Shown here: positions 9,201 to 19,117 of the stretch, piece by piece
How positions within the stretch are numbered: position 1 is the stretch's first letter
Layout: each line of letters opens with the position of its first letter
Assembly (NCBI GenBank): GCA_963676915.2
Contig: CAXXVK010000059.1
Location: 18,735-82,734 of the forward strand
Length of the DNA stretch: 64,000 nucleotides
Source: Myxococcota bacterium
GTDB taxonomy: Bacteria > Myxococcota_A > SURF-8 > G963663525
Reading direction: 5' to 3'
Made by a program: the position numbers and the translations under genes
The notes under the pieces: generated by a model
What the model saw: only the letters and a program-made list of their open reading frames with translations
Databases searched by the model: none
What the model was told of the DNA's origin: nothing

Positions 9201-11636
9201 ATGAGGAATTTGTTCCATCTTTTCACCGTTCTTTTCCTGGTTTCGGCCCTGGGTGTTGCTTACGCTCAGACCAACACCACGCTCCAGTATCAGGGGAGCC
9301 TTTTTGATTCTCAAGGTGCACCGGTGACGACCAACAAGACCATCACCTTCCGGCTTTTCAACGATGCGGAAACGGGGGAAAGCGGCGATGCCTTGTGGAC
9401 CGAAACCTTGGCCGTGGACATTGCCGACGGCTTTTTTACCGTGCCTCTGGGAAGTGTGAACGCTTTCGACGAATCCGTCTTCAAGGAAACCGAACTCTGG
9501 CTGGAGTTGGAGATCGATAGCGAAACTCTCTCGCCTAGACAACCGGTTACCGCTGTTCCTTGGGCGCGACGAGCGTTTTCGGTGGAAGGCAAGGTGGAGG
9601 CTACGAGCATCACCAGCGAAGGTTCCGTGACAGTGGGTGGCAGCGAAGTCATCAACGCCAGTGGTCAGTGGGTGGGATCGACCCAGATGGCTACCGATCT
9701 TAACTGCTCTGAGTGTGTATCCAGCAGCGAAGTTGACTTCAACTATGCAGACAGTGCCAGCAAAGGCGGTCCCGCCGCCAGTGCTTTGACGGCAGATAGT
9801 GCCTCTGACTTGTCTTGTTTGGGCTGTGTCAGCGATACGGAGGTGGTGTTCAATGTTTGCGCCGCCAATGAGAACGGAGATGCAAATTACGCACTTAATA
9901 GCGATAAGCTGGATAATTTAGATTCCACGGCGTTTGAAGCTGCCGGTTCATCCGAAGCTGCGGTAGCGACTCACGAGGCGAATTATTCGCACCTTTCCCC
10001 CGAACAATTACAAGAGTTGGCTGGCTCTAAAGTCAGATCTTTTCAAGGGGATCGCGTACTTGGACCAAACGGCTCTTTTCAAAGCTATGTTCACGTTTTT
10101 GAGTCTGTGGAACCCAAAGTATATCTTTACCTGTATGGAAAATCGACGGCTTCGAATTCGGGTTACCCGACCATGCCTTTGGGAACAATCATTGCGTGGG
10201 ACAAAAGCCTCAATGATGCCACAGGTGATTTACCCGATGGGTTTGTTGAATGCAATGGACAATCGATCTCTGATCCAAATAGTCCTTTAAATGGTATCAC
10301 AATACCCAATCTAAATGGCGATAGTGAGAATCCCAAGAGATTTCTGCGAGGTGGCAATACATCCGGCAATTTTGTAGGAGAAGATGAACATACTCTAACC
10401 ATTGCAGAACTACCTCCTCACTCTCATTCTGTTGGAGGCAGTTACAGCACTAATGGCTCTGAACAGAAAATTGGAAATACCACGAGAGGTGATAGTAACA
10501 ATCAACCATATTCTATCACAAGCGGTTCAACTGGAAATGGAACTCCTTTCAACATTGTCCCTTCAAGTTACGAAGTTGTATGGATAATCAAGATCAAGGA
10601 GCCTCAAGTTTCTCCCACATCAATAGAAATTTGGATTGACGGTATGAATCAGACGGCTGAACTTTCCGATCAAAACAGCATGGGAGCTTCACACTACGAT
10701 TCTGAAAACAACCGGTGGGGAACCGGATCGGTTTGGGAAACCGGAAGGCTGGATCTTTCGAATATCATTTCATGGGATATTGGAACACATTCCATTGAAT
10801 TCAAGGAAACCGGCGGCACGGGAGGACGATTGATATATTTCCTTTACGTCGTGCAGGCCGCTCCACAGTCCATTGCATTCGCTAATGATACCTGCCAATC
10901 CCCTCAAGAAATCAACATTTCCTCGGGAGTGGCTACCGTTGGTGGAAGTACGGAGGATATGCTGGGAGAACATGCAGCGGAGGATGATTTATCCCCAGCG
11001 GATTGTGGTGGTGAAGGCGGTGGCGATGTGGTCTACAGCGTTACCTTACTGGAACGTTCCAGCCTGGAATTTAATGTAAACGCTCCATTTTCCCCTCGTA
11101 CCTACGTGCTCGACTCGCCTTGTGAAAACGAATCCGTTATTGCGTGTGGGGAGGATTCGATATCTACGGGGGAACTCGAAATCGGAACTTATTATTTCGT
11201 TGTAGATTCGGATGCCGCAGATCAAAATGGTGATTTTTCATTCACCGTCACGTCCAGTTCAACACCTCTGCCAGACAATGATAGTTGCTCATCGAGTGAA
11301 ACTCTTGATGTTTCTTCAGAAAATGCCTCGACATCCGGGACGAATGAATTCGCCGTCAACCGGTATGGCGGATCATGTGGCGGTGACGTGGGTTCGGATG
11401 TTGTCTATCAGTTCACCTTAACTGAAACACATGATCTGACCGCCACCTTAACTCCAACCTTCTCTGCCGTCATGTATCTTCGAGCCAATGACTGCGAATC
11501 GGGATTTGTAGTGACTTGTTCCGATACGAACACCATCAACCTTTCCGGGCTTGGCGCTGGAACGTATTACCTCTTCGTCGATGGGGAAACTGCGCTTGAT
11601 GAAGGCACTTTTGATCTGAGCATTCAGTTGGATTAG
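9201..11636 (+). CDS. Secreted fibre-like protein with phage tail-collar-like segment and C-terminal PPC-like repeats
   Basis: Start MRNLF at 9201, signal peptide, LQYQGSL..SPRQPVTAVPWA domain, PLGTIIAW..GFVECNG..IPNL..FLRG collar motif, two GTYY(F/L)xVD repeats. Confidence 0.75.
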   Translation: MRNLFHLFTVLFLVSALGVAYAQTNTTLQYQGSLFDSQGAPVTTNKTITFRLFNDAETGESGDALWTETLAVDIADGFFTVPLGSVNAFDESVFKETELWLELEIDSETLSPRQPVTAVPWARRAFSVEGKVEATSITSEGSVTVGGSEVINASGQWVGSTQMATDLNCSECVSSSEVDFNYADSASKGGPAASALTADSASDLSCLGCVSDTEVVFNVCAANENGDANYALNSDKLDNLDSTAFEAAGSSEAAVATHEANYSHLSPEQLQELAGSKVRSFQGDRVLGPNGSFQSYVHVFESVEPKVYLYLYGKSTASNSGYPTMPLGTIIAWDKSLNDATGDLPDGFVECNGQSISDPNSPLNGITIPNLNGDSENPKRFLRGGNTSGNFVGEDEHTLTIAELPPHSHSVGGSYSTNGSEQKIGNTTRGDSNNQPYSITSGSTGNGTPFNIVPSSYEVVWIIKIKEPQVSPTSIEIWIDGMNQTAELSDQNSMGASHYDSENNRWGTGSVWETGRLDLSNIISWDIGTHSIEFKETGGTGGRLIYFLYVVQAAPQSIAFANDTCQSPQEINISSGVATVGGSTEDMLGEHAAEDDLSPADCGGEGGGDVVYSVTLLERSSLEFNVNAPFSPRTYVLDSPCENESVIACGEDSISTGELEIGTYYFVVDSDAADQNGDFSFTVTSSSTPLPDNDSCSSSETLDVSSENASTSGTNEFAVNRYGGSCGGDVGSDVVYQFTLTETHDLTATLTPTFSAVMYLRANDCESGFVVTCSDTNTINLSGLGAGTYYLFVDGETALDEGTFDLSIQLD
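9261..9709 (+). repeat. About 450-bp repeat shared by the two fibre genes (second copy 11703-12151)
   Basis: Near-identical DNA and protein over the mature N-terminal about 150 aa. Confidence 0.9.
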
Positions 11637-11645
11637 GAGACGATC

Positions 11646-13802
11646 ATGCTGAAAAAATCCTGTTTCCTGATAGCTCTTGCAATCTTTTTCCCAGTTATCG
11701 TATACGCCCAAACCAACACCACCCTCCAATATCAAGGCAGCCTTTTCGATTCGCAGGGTGCGCCGGTGACGACCAACAAGACCATTACCTTCCGGCTTTT
11801 CAGCGATGCGGAAACGGGTGAAAGCAGCGATGCTTTGTGGACCGAAACCTTGGCTGTGGATATCGCCGACGGCTTTTTTACCGTGCCTCTGGGAAGCGTG
11901 AACGCTTTTGACGAATCCGTCTTCAAGGAAACCGAACTCTGGTTAGAGTTGGAAATCGATAGCGAAACTCTCTCGCCCCGGCAACCGGTCGCCGCCGTTC
12001 CCTGGGCACGACGGGCGTTTTCAGTGGAAGGCAAGGTGGAGGCCACGAGCATCACGAGCGAAGGTTCCGTGACGGTGGGCGGCAGCGAAGTCATCAACGC
12101 CAGCGGCCAGTGGGTAGGATCGACTCAGACGGCTACCGATCTTAACTGCTCCGGTTGCGTGGATACCTCCGAGGTGAGTTTCAACGTCTGTATCGCAGAT
12201 GAATCCGGCAATGCGGCGTATGCCGACGAGGCGGGTACAGCTTCGGCGCTAGATTGTACGGGTTGCGTTGCGGCGTCGCAGCTGGCCGACGATTACACTA
12301 CCGCTGCAGAAGTGGAAGCCATGATCGGCGATCTCCCTGCCGACGGTCTTTCCGAAGTGTCCAACGGCATTCTGGACAACGTACTCTCCCAGACGCACCA
12401 CGCTACCGATGTTCCCAAAACGATTACCGACCATTTTCCGGCAGGGATCAACTCGACCATCGCCATTCCTACGACGGGCACGATCCGTTCGGTGTCGGTA
12501 ACGGTGGACATCACCCATACCGACATCGGCGAGTTGCAGATCAAGCTCTTTCCGCCCGTAGGAGGCGTGATAACGTTGCACGACCAGGGGCAGACCGGTA
12601 CCTCCGATCTCTCCACCATGTATCCAACCGAAACCGTTCCTGCCGCCGGAAGTTTCGATAACCTGACGGGAATGTCCCCCAACGGCAACTGGACGCTGCA
12701 AATCATCGACGACGTGGAGAATCTCGAAGGCATTCTGAACACCTGGGCGGTGAATATCGAGTACATCTCGGACATCGACATCACCCTGGACGGAAATCTC
12801 AACGTGACGGGGAATCTGGATGTGACCGGGCAACTTAGCAGTGAAAATGTACCGTATGTTTTGTCCGATAACAAATACATCCAACTAGCCAGATTTTCGA
12901 AGTATGCTCATTCTCTGGTAATTGGAAACGAGTTTCCGGCACCAAGAGATTCGCCTAAAGGAATGTATTATAATAATTTTTCAGAGAATACATGTGGAAG
13001 CCAAGCAGGATTAAAATATAAAAATGGGCAATACAGCCGTGGGACTCCAGGTTCATTCTGCCTTGAGACCAATCTTTTTTCCAAAGGGATAGTCGATAAT
13101 AAAGGCTTTTTCGGGTTTGATTACGAAGTTTGGAAAGTCATTGATGAATTCGAAGATGGTGTGGTTGACGAAGAAAAATGGACAGGAGAGGGAATTGAAG
13201 AAAACGATTCAGGTCTCAGGGGTGGTGGTGGAGATTATGTCACAAGCACAAGTCTCGCTTTCAATGGAGCGATTAAAATCGGTTGGTCTTTGTCAGGCAC
13301 TTATTATTCAGTGCAGAGTCAAAATGGTTACATGCTTTTTACCGACGGGTCATCTTCGTATAATGTAATTAGTGCCGGTGGAGCACAATACCAGAATAAT
13401 GATATTATTAGTGGAGAAACAACGATCTATGTGAACTGGGACCAAAAAACAGTGTTCTACTCTAATACGTTCATTAATAAAAAAGGCAGTGCGGTTAATC
13501 AAACCAGAACTCAACAAAAACTGAATCTTTCAGCTTGGAATGACTTTAAAGTAAAGTTTTATACAAGTGAAGATGGAGGAAGTTTTACTATCCATTATGC
13601 TCGCTCTCTCCTCACCGATCCACAACATTCCGAAATCGACATTTTGGCAAGTAATGACGGGGGACAGATCTGGGAAAATACTCAAAATTATTCAGAACAT
13701 ATTTTTCAAAATTCAGGGGATACCTTAAAAGGGAAAATATGTGGAACCGTTTATGAAAATGAAGTCGTAACCATTCAGTCAACATATATTATTTCAGAAT
13801 GA
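11646..13802 (+). CDS. Secreted fibre-like protein with proprotein convertase P-domain
   Basis: Same N-terminal domain as 9201 gene; VDITHTDIGELQIKL..GNWTLQIID..G.LNTW P-domain motif; AT-rich C-terminus. Confidence 0.8.
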   Translation: MLKKSCFLIALAIFFPVIVYAQTNTTLQYQGSLFDSQGAPVTTNKTITFRLFSDAETGESSDALWTETLAVDIADGFFTVPLGSVNAFDESVFKETELWLELEIDSETLSPRQPVAAVPWARRAFSVEGKVEATSITSEGSVTVGGSEVINASGQWVGSTQTATDLNCSGCVDTSEVSFNVCIADESGNAAYADEAGTASALDCTGCVAASQLADDYTTAAEVEAMIGDLPADGLSEVSNGILDNVLSQTHHATDVPKTITDHFPAGINSTIAIPTTGTIRSVSVTVDITHTDIGELQIKLFPPVGGVITLHDQGQTGTSDLSTMYPTETVPAAGSFDNLTGMSPNGNWTLQIIDDVENLEGILNTWAVNIEYISDIDITLDGNLNVTGNLDVTGQLSSENVPYVLSDNKYIQLARFSKYAHSLVIGNEFPAPRDSPKGMYYNNFSENTCGSQAGLKYKNGQYSRGTPGSFCLETNLFSKGIVDNKGFFGFDYEVWKVIDEFEDGVVDEEKWTGEGIEENDSGLRGGGGDYVTSTSLAFNGAIKIGWSLSGTYYSVQSQNGYMLFTDGSSSYNVISAGGAQYQNNDIISGETTIYVNWDQKTVFYSNTFINKKGSAVNQTRTQQKLNLSAWNDFKVKFYTSEDGGSFTIHYARSLLTDPQHSEIDILASNDGGQIWENTQNYSEHIFQNSGDTLKGKICGTVYENEVVTIQSTYIISE

Positions 13803-13980
13803 TGGAAATGTAAAATTCTACATTCCGAAATAATTTTGTCCCTAACCAAACGCATGATACAAGGCAATCCCGGTTTGTTCCTTGCTGTTGTCGATGGCGT
13901 AGGCAGTATTTCAAAAAACACCGCTACTCTCTTCAACCGCTTTTTATCAGCAAATTCATTTACTTGAAGGATTGCGGTAT

Positions 13981-14121
13981 CTATTCTTCCACCATCCCCG
14001 CCCAGGTTTCAAACTGGGCATCGAGCAACGCCCGTTCCAGGTCTTCAGCCTCCTTTTCCGTAAGCGGGCGTAGGGTGAGGGGTTCCTCCAGTGGGAGGTT
14101 CTCCCGCCAGTTTGCAATCAT
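13981..14121 (-). CDS. Small hypothetical protein (46 aa) containing the right repeat copy
   Basis: Read manually: MIANWRENLPLEEPLTLRPLTEKEAEDLERALLDAQFETWAGMVEE; most of the peptide is conserved in the 7350-7449 copy. Confidence 0.55.
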   Translation of the reverse strand: MIANWRENLPLEEPLTLRPLTEKEAEDLERALLDAQFETWAGMVEE

Positions 14122-14156
14122 GTACCAGCGTTTGTCGATCTGGACGTAAGGTAGGA

Positions 14157-14456
14157 TCATCGGTATTTCCTGTTGTATTCATCCATGAGTTTGCCCAAGG
14201 TGCCTTTGCGTTTACGGCTGATTCTGTCGATGGCAACGACCTTCCAGTCCTCCTCGGACATCGCGACCAGCAGAGGAAGGCCGATCAGCGCGTAAGCTTT
14301 GCCATGTTCATCCCGAACGACTTCGAAAGAGATGATTTCGGTGCGTACTTCTTGACCGTCCTCGTAAAACGTCCGTTCCACCGTGATTTCATGGTCTCCG
14401 GCGTCGGCAATGCATTCCAATTGTGTGTTCAGTTTTTTCTTTTGGCCTGTAAACAT
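14157..14456 (-). CDS. Hypothetical protein
   Basis: MFTGQKKK start after AAGAAGGA; directly downstream of the resolvase. Confidence 0.6.
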   Translation of the reverse strand: MFTGQKKKLNTQLECIADAGDHEITVERTFYEDGQEVRTEIISFEVVRDEHGKAYALIGLPLLVAMSEEDWKVVAIDRISRKRKGTLGKLMDEYNRKYR

Positions 14457-15091
14457 GGCTTGGTTCCTTCTTGCTCCGGGTTTAGGCGGGTGATTCCGCG
14501 TTTTTTCATCCACTTGCAGAGGTTCGCCTCTGTCGTGTGGTACCTGGTAGCAATGTATTTTTGGGTCGATCCCACATTGAGCAGGGCTTCGATCTCCGGT
14601 CGAAACGGATCGAGCTTGCTCTTGCCCGGTCCCCTGGGGCGTCCGATGGGTTCTCCACGGGCTTTTTTCGCTCGTAAAGCTTCTCGGGTGCGGCTGGAAA
14701 TCAGTTCCCGTTCGATCTCCGCCGCCATGCTGAACGCCATGGCGATGATTTTCGATTGGATCGTGCCGTCCAGCGTCCAATGACCCTTGATGGCATAGAC
14801 TTTGATGCCTTTTTCCGTGGCGATGGAGAGGATTTCCATGCACTCCAGCATGGAACGCCCCAGCCGGGACAATTCGCTGACGATGAGGTGATCGCCTTGG
14901 CCGAGGTCGCTCAACACCGTGGCGATCTTGCGCTTCTTCCACGACACCTTGCCGGAGATTTTCTCCTCGGCCCATTGGACGTGACCGAGCTTTTTATCGT
15001 TGGCGAAAGTGAGGATGTCGGCTTTGTTTTTGTCGAGATCCTGATCGATGGTCGAGACCCGTAAATAGGCGACGGTGCGGGTTTGGGACAT
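14429..15091 (-). CDS. Serine recombinase (resolvase/invertase) with C-terminal HTH
   Basis: YLRVST catalytic motif, SELSRLGRS, AEIERELISSRTREAL, GRP. Confidence 0.93.
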   Translation of the reverse strand: MSQTRTVAYLRVSTIDQDLDKNKADILTFANDKKLGHVQWAEEKISGKVSWKKRKIATVLSDLGQGDHLIVSELSRLGRSMLECMEILSIATEKGIKVYAIKGHWTLDGTIQSKIIAMAFSMAAEIERELISSRTREALRAKKARGEPIGRPRGPGKSKLDPFRPEIEALLNVGSTQKYIATRYHTTEANLCKWMKKRGITRLNPEQEGTKPCLQAKRKN

Positions 15092-15188
15092 GCATTTCTC
15101 CTTCCATTCGCCAAAAGACGCCAATATTCGTTATTGGGATAAGATTTCTTGTTCAGTACTCAATGCTTTTCAGTTGAAACGACTGCAA

Positions 15189-15207
15189 CGAAAATCGATC
15201 GTTTTCG
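15189..15207. promoter_or_regulatory. Candidate res / operator palindrome upstream of resolvase
   Basis: CGAAAA-TCGATCG-TTTTCG inverted repeat about 100 bp upstream of the resolvase start. Confidence 0.45.
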
Positions 15208-15282
15208 GTAAAGACTACAAAGAGTGAAACAGAGCGAGCTTTCACCAACTCGGAGCAACTTTTCGATGTAACGGTTAACCTG

Positions 15283-15555
15283 TTAACGCTCATCGAGAAT
15301 CTCCGCGATCAAGGGCCAGGTTTCCCGGTGGACACGCAGTAAGCAGGGACGACAGACCATCAGGAATTTGAATCGGATAGTGCCTACGGATATGAGGTCT
15401 GTAACAAATCGACCGCAGTAGTAGCAGGCGTCGGGATCGATATGAATGATCTCCGCACCCATGAATTCTTCGTAGAATTCAACAAGAGCGATGACATCTT
15501 CAAAGGGTGTGAAGTGCTTGATATCGTCTATCATGGATTCATTCATCCTTTGCAT
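15283..15555 (-). CDS. Small Zn-finger-like protein
   Basis: CYYC..CRPC; overlaps upstream gene. Confidence 0.6.
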   Translation of the reverse strand: MQRMNESMIDDIKHFTPFEDVIALVEFYEEFMGAEIIHIDPDACYYCGRFVTDLISVGTIRFKFLMVCRPCLLRVHRETWPLIAEILDER

Positions 15556-16159
15556 CCATCAGGACGCAACCGTTCAAGCGGACACGGAAGAAATCCTCGA
15601 CCGGTTCAAACTCCCATACCTGGAGAGAGGATTTTGGCCAACCCCGTTTTCGTAAGTGACGATAGATCATGCCGCAGGTGCCGAGCGAGACGACCAGATC
15701 GCCGTGATTCATGAAGGCTTTGGGCGGGACTCGTTCAAAGCTCCTGGGACGGCCCTCACGATCCTTGATTCTCGATCCCTGAAACAATGCCTTTAAAAAC
15801 GTGTCGGTTGCCCCTTCTACAACGCCCGTTTCCGGCTGAAACCCTACTGGCCCCCGCCCGACCCACGTATCGTTGCGTAGACGCCAACTATGGGCCTTCA
15901 ACGCTGATTCCGGCTGACGAGCCTGTACGAAACAGACCAAAGAGAAAAAATCGACCAAGAACTTCAGGTTGCCCGGTTCCGGCAGGACGATGTGGAGACC
16001 GGCATAGGCTCGGATCTCTTCGGTGGTTCCGATCATCCCTTCCACTTTGCGTGACATTTTACAGGCGTTATAGGACTCAAGGGTCGGCATACGATCTCGC
16101 AGGATTCGTAGGATGCGTAGTTTGGATCGCTTATCCATGAGGGTGTTCCTCCACGACAA
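15539..16159 (-). CDS. Hypothetical protein
   Basis: 206-aa ORF within a co-directional overlapping gene string. Confidence 0.6.
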   Translation of the reverse strand: MSWRNTLMDKRSKLRILRILRDRMPTLESYNACKMSRKVEGMIGTTEEIRAYAGLHIVLPEPGNLKFLVDFFSLVCFVQARQPESALKAHSWRLRNDTWVGRGPVGFQPETGVVEGATDTFLKALFQGSRIKDREGRPRSFERVPPKAFMNHGDLVVSLGTCGMIYRHLRKRGWPKSSLQVWEFEPVEDFFRVRLNGCVLMDAKDE

Positions 16160-16541
16160 TGTTCTGCTGCTCCTGGATGTTTCTCATCCACGTATTGGCA
16201 AAGGAGGTTAGAGATTCTTGAAGACTCGGAATGAAGCGGTCGTAGCGATAATAGGACGGTTTGACGGCAAACTGCTCGATCATCGCGTTGCGGAAGTAGA
16301 CCGGGTAGAATTGCCCCTCCTGATGGACAAACACCATTTCGGGATCGGGAACGAGGTCGCCGTTCATTTCATAGTAATGCGCCACACTGATGAGGTCGTA
16401 ACCCTGATCGGTTTGACCGAATTTCTCCACCACAGCGGCCATGAACGATGTCGATTGGTTGAACTTCCTCATCTCTCCGACGGGAATGTCGTGGGAGAGG
16501 TGTTCAAGGATGGCATTGGCCTTCGAATCCAACGATTTCAT
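16131..16541 (-). CDS. DUF6908/DUF1249-like protein
   Basis: ISVAHYYEMNGDLVPDPEM and FANTWMRNI motifs. Confidence 0.75.
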   Translation of the reverse strand: MKSLDSKANAILEHLSHDIPVGEMRKFNQSTSFMAAVVEKFGQTDQGYDLISVAHYYEMNGDLVPDPEMVFVHQEGQFYPVYFRNAMIEQFAVKPSYYRYDRFIPSLQESLTSFANTWMRNIQEQQNIVVEEHPHG

Positions 16542-17551
16542 GATGATTTCCTTTCCTTGGTTTTCTTTTCGAGAACGCAGCCCGCCCAGTTGTCGGCGTA
16601 TTGCAGCAGGCGGGTGAGCTTGGTTTCCTTGTGAGCCACGCCTTTGTTTTCATCGATGTACTGACCGTCATGAAAACGGATGGCCTGGCCTTCGTCCGCC
16701 GTGAGCTTGATGTGCTGGGAGACAAGAAACAGCGAGCGTGAGGCGATATCCATCCACGGGAGATCGTGATTGGTGATGTAGGTGATGTTGCGGTTGCGGA
16801 CGTGCCATTGGCTGGGATTCGGGATGTAATACGGCTTCCCCGGCAGTCCGACCTTGCCGACATCATGGTAAAGCGCCACGATCACGCAGCTTTCCTCTTC
16901 GATCTCCGGGGCCAGGACCGGGCGAAGTTTGAGGATGGTGTTGGCAACGTTCAACGAATGGATCAGCAAACCGCCTTCGATGTTGAGATGGTAGCGGGTG
17001 GACGCCGGTGCCGTCAGCCAGGCGGTTTCTTTTCGCAAGAAGCGGTCGAATCGTTGGACGGCCTCCGCTCGTTCGGTGATTTTTTCGAGAAGCTGGTCAT
17101 ACGAGAGGTTATCCGATGGATTCTTATGGCCGAGAAGCACTTTGGCCTGCTGAACGGCTTCCGTCCAGTTGCCCTCGAAGCGCAATGCCCTGTCATCGAT
17201 ATACAGATCGGCCAAGGGTTTGGAGGAAGTCCATGGGCCTTCCGGGTCGGTTTGGATGGCGTCATACGGGATGCGGTTCACGCGCAGGTAGGAGTGCAAC
17301 TTCGCGACGTGATCGTCCGAATTCGGCCTAGCGGTGTGGATGATGAGACGATAGCCGAGCTTCTTCAAATCTCTGAGCGCCTTCTGAACGCCTTCGATGG
17401 GTTCTCCGAACTCCTCGATACTCGATACCATTTGGGCAATGACGCCATCGAAATCCACACAGATGACTTTGCTGCGTGGTGGCGATGGGCTTCGATCTTC
17501 GTGACCGCCCGGGCTGAGGACGCAGTTGTCCGGTTGTTCGTTCTTTTCCAT
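16538..17551 (-). CDS. HAD phosphatase-HD hydrolase fusion
   Basis: DFDG, HTAR, K..YIDD (HAD); APAS..H..GGLLIHSLNV, HD, HDG, AD (HD). Confidence 0.8.
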   Translation of the reverse strand: MEKNEQPDNCVLSPGGHEDRSPSPPRSKVICVDFDGVIAQMVSSIEEFGEPIEGVQKALRDLKKLGYRLIIHTARPNSDDHVAKLHSYLRVNRIPYDAIQTDPEGPWTSSKPLADLYIDDRALRFEGNWTEAVQQAKVLLGHKNPSDNLSYDQLLEKITERAEAVQRFDRFLRKETAWLTAPASTRYHLNIEGGLLIHSLNVANTILKLRPVLAPEIEEESCVIVALYHDVGKVGLPGKPYYIPNPSQWHVRNRNITYITNHDLPWMDIASRSLFLVSQHIKLTADEGQAIRFHDGQYIDENKGVAHKETKLTRLLQYADNWAGCVLEKKTKERKSS

Positions 17552-17566
17552 GTCGATTCTCCTTCG

Positions 17567-18985
17567 TTAGATCAATTCGAGGCCGAGAAAGCCCCTCGTA
17601 TGAACCCCCGTGATTCGTCGCGTAGTGGTATGGAAACCGCGCTGCTTCAAGGCACGGCTCAAGGCTTTTTGACTCATGGGCTTGAGGGCGTGATCCAAGG
17701 CCCAGGTTTCATAGGATCGATAAAGATCCGCACTGGCAGAAAACCTGCTGCTGGACTCGTAACAGGCTTCGATCAGCCAATCCTCCACCTGGTCGCCTTC
17801 CTGACGATAAGCATCGGTCGCCAGCAAAACGGAATCCGGCGGGGTCAATCCCTTCTCCAGATAGTCCTGACAGCCCTGCAAGGCCCAATTGAGGATGCCG
17901 GGACCGGAAACGGAGGGATCGCAGAGGGTGCGTTTCAGGTAAGGATCGCGTTGAGGCTCCGGGACACTACGGGGAAACGGCAGGCAGAGAATCCGCCGCC
18001 AGAGGGCATCATCCTCCTGATCGGCCAGAGGCGGATCGTTGGCGACTAGCCAGAGCGTGAATTGCGGTTTCCACTCCTGGGCTTCCTGATAGAGCGCTCT
18101 GGCGACGATGGTATCGCCGCCGGTCAGCATTTTGATGGTGGCTTCGGAGAGTTTCGCTCCCTTGTAGACTTCGTTGGCGACGACCAGGCGGGCTCCACGC
18201 AGTCGTGCGAGATCGTCCCGAGGGCCGCTGGAGGCACGATGTCGCAGGAACGAGGAAAAATCGGCGGTTCGGGCATAATCGCCGAAGACCATTTTGATGG
18301 CTTCGATGAACGTGGATTTTCCAGAAGCACCGGGACCGTAGACGAAAAAGAGCTTTTCCTCTTCGTTGGAGCCGAAAAGCGAATATCCGACGGCTCGTTG
18401 GATAAAGGCTTGCAGGGCGGCGTCTCCCTCGGTGGATTGATCGAGGAAACGGAGCCAATCGTCACTTTCGGCGTCGGCATCGAAGAGGACCGGGGAGATT
18501 TTGGAGACAAGATGCGCCGGTTGCGTCGGAATCAGATCCATCCTCATCAGGTCGATAAGGCCGTTTTTACAGCCGAGGAAATGAGGATCGGTATCGAAAT
18601 CCTCTTCCCGAACGATGATCTCGGATTCGCTCTGTGCCGTCTCGATCATGGCTTTGAGACGTGCCAGGCTCTCGCAGGACCGTACATGCTTTTCGGTGGC
18701 ATGTCGCTGTTTGGCGTCCTCGATGAGCTTGCAGTCGTCCTTCAACGCCTGAACGGACTCCTTGGCCCATCGCATGACCTGGCCGGTGTCATCAATACGC
18801 CACTTGGAACCGTCGAAGACGTACCAGCATCGTGTGCCATGACTGTACCGGATGCACTCGCCATGACGAGCAATGAAACGACGGGCGATACCGATGTCGG
18901 TAAAGCCGAAAGCGGAATCATCAGAGCTGGTGTGAGTGTTGGCTTGAGAAGAGGAAACAACGGAAATGGGAGAGCGTTTGGCCAT
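17567..18985 (-). CDS. P4/D5-family primase-associated SF3 helicase (no primase domain)
   Basis: D5_N-like TDIGIARRF..WYVFDG..W; Walker A GPGASGKST; KMLTGGD..ARALY; ALWRR. Confidence 0.88.
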   Translation of the reverse strand: MAKRSPISVVSSSQANTHTSSDDSAFGFTDIGIARRFIARHGECIRYSHGTRCWYVFDGSKWRIDDTGQVMRWAKESVQALKDDCKLIEDAKQRHATEKHVRSCESLARLKAMIETAQSESEIIVREEDFDTDPHFLGCKNGLIDLMRMDLIPTQPAHLVSKISPVLFDADAESDDWLRFLDQSTEGDAALQAFIQRAVGYSLFGSNEEEKLFFVYGPGASGKSTFIEAIKMVFGDYARTADFSSFLRHRASSGPRDDLARLRGARLVVANEVYKGAKLSEATIKMLTGGDTIVARALYQEAQEWKPQFTLWLVANDPPLADQEDDALWRRILCLPFPRSVPEPQRDPYLKRTLCDPSVSGPGILNWALQGCQDYLEKGLTPPDSVLLATDAYRQEGDQVEDWLIEACYESSSRFSASADLYRSYETWALDHALKPMSQKALSRALKQRGFHTTTRRITGVHTRGFLGLELI

Positions 18986-19117
18986 GCCGAAAGCCCTCGA
19001 TACAGGAAAGAAAGGGAATTCAAAAAACAGCAAAACCCCTCCCGAATGAACGGAAGGGATTGTTTAACATACTGATAATACTACAGTATTGGTGAATTGT
19101 CAAATGGAGAAATTGAA

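Noticed and set aside
16766-19075. Long plus-strand ORFs (427 aa, 337 aa) and similar ones at 62254-63777 and 56911-57993
   Set aside because: Antisense shadows of well-supported genes in GC-rich DNA, with no recognisable motifs.
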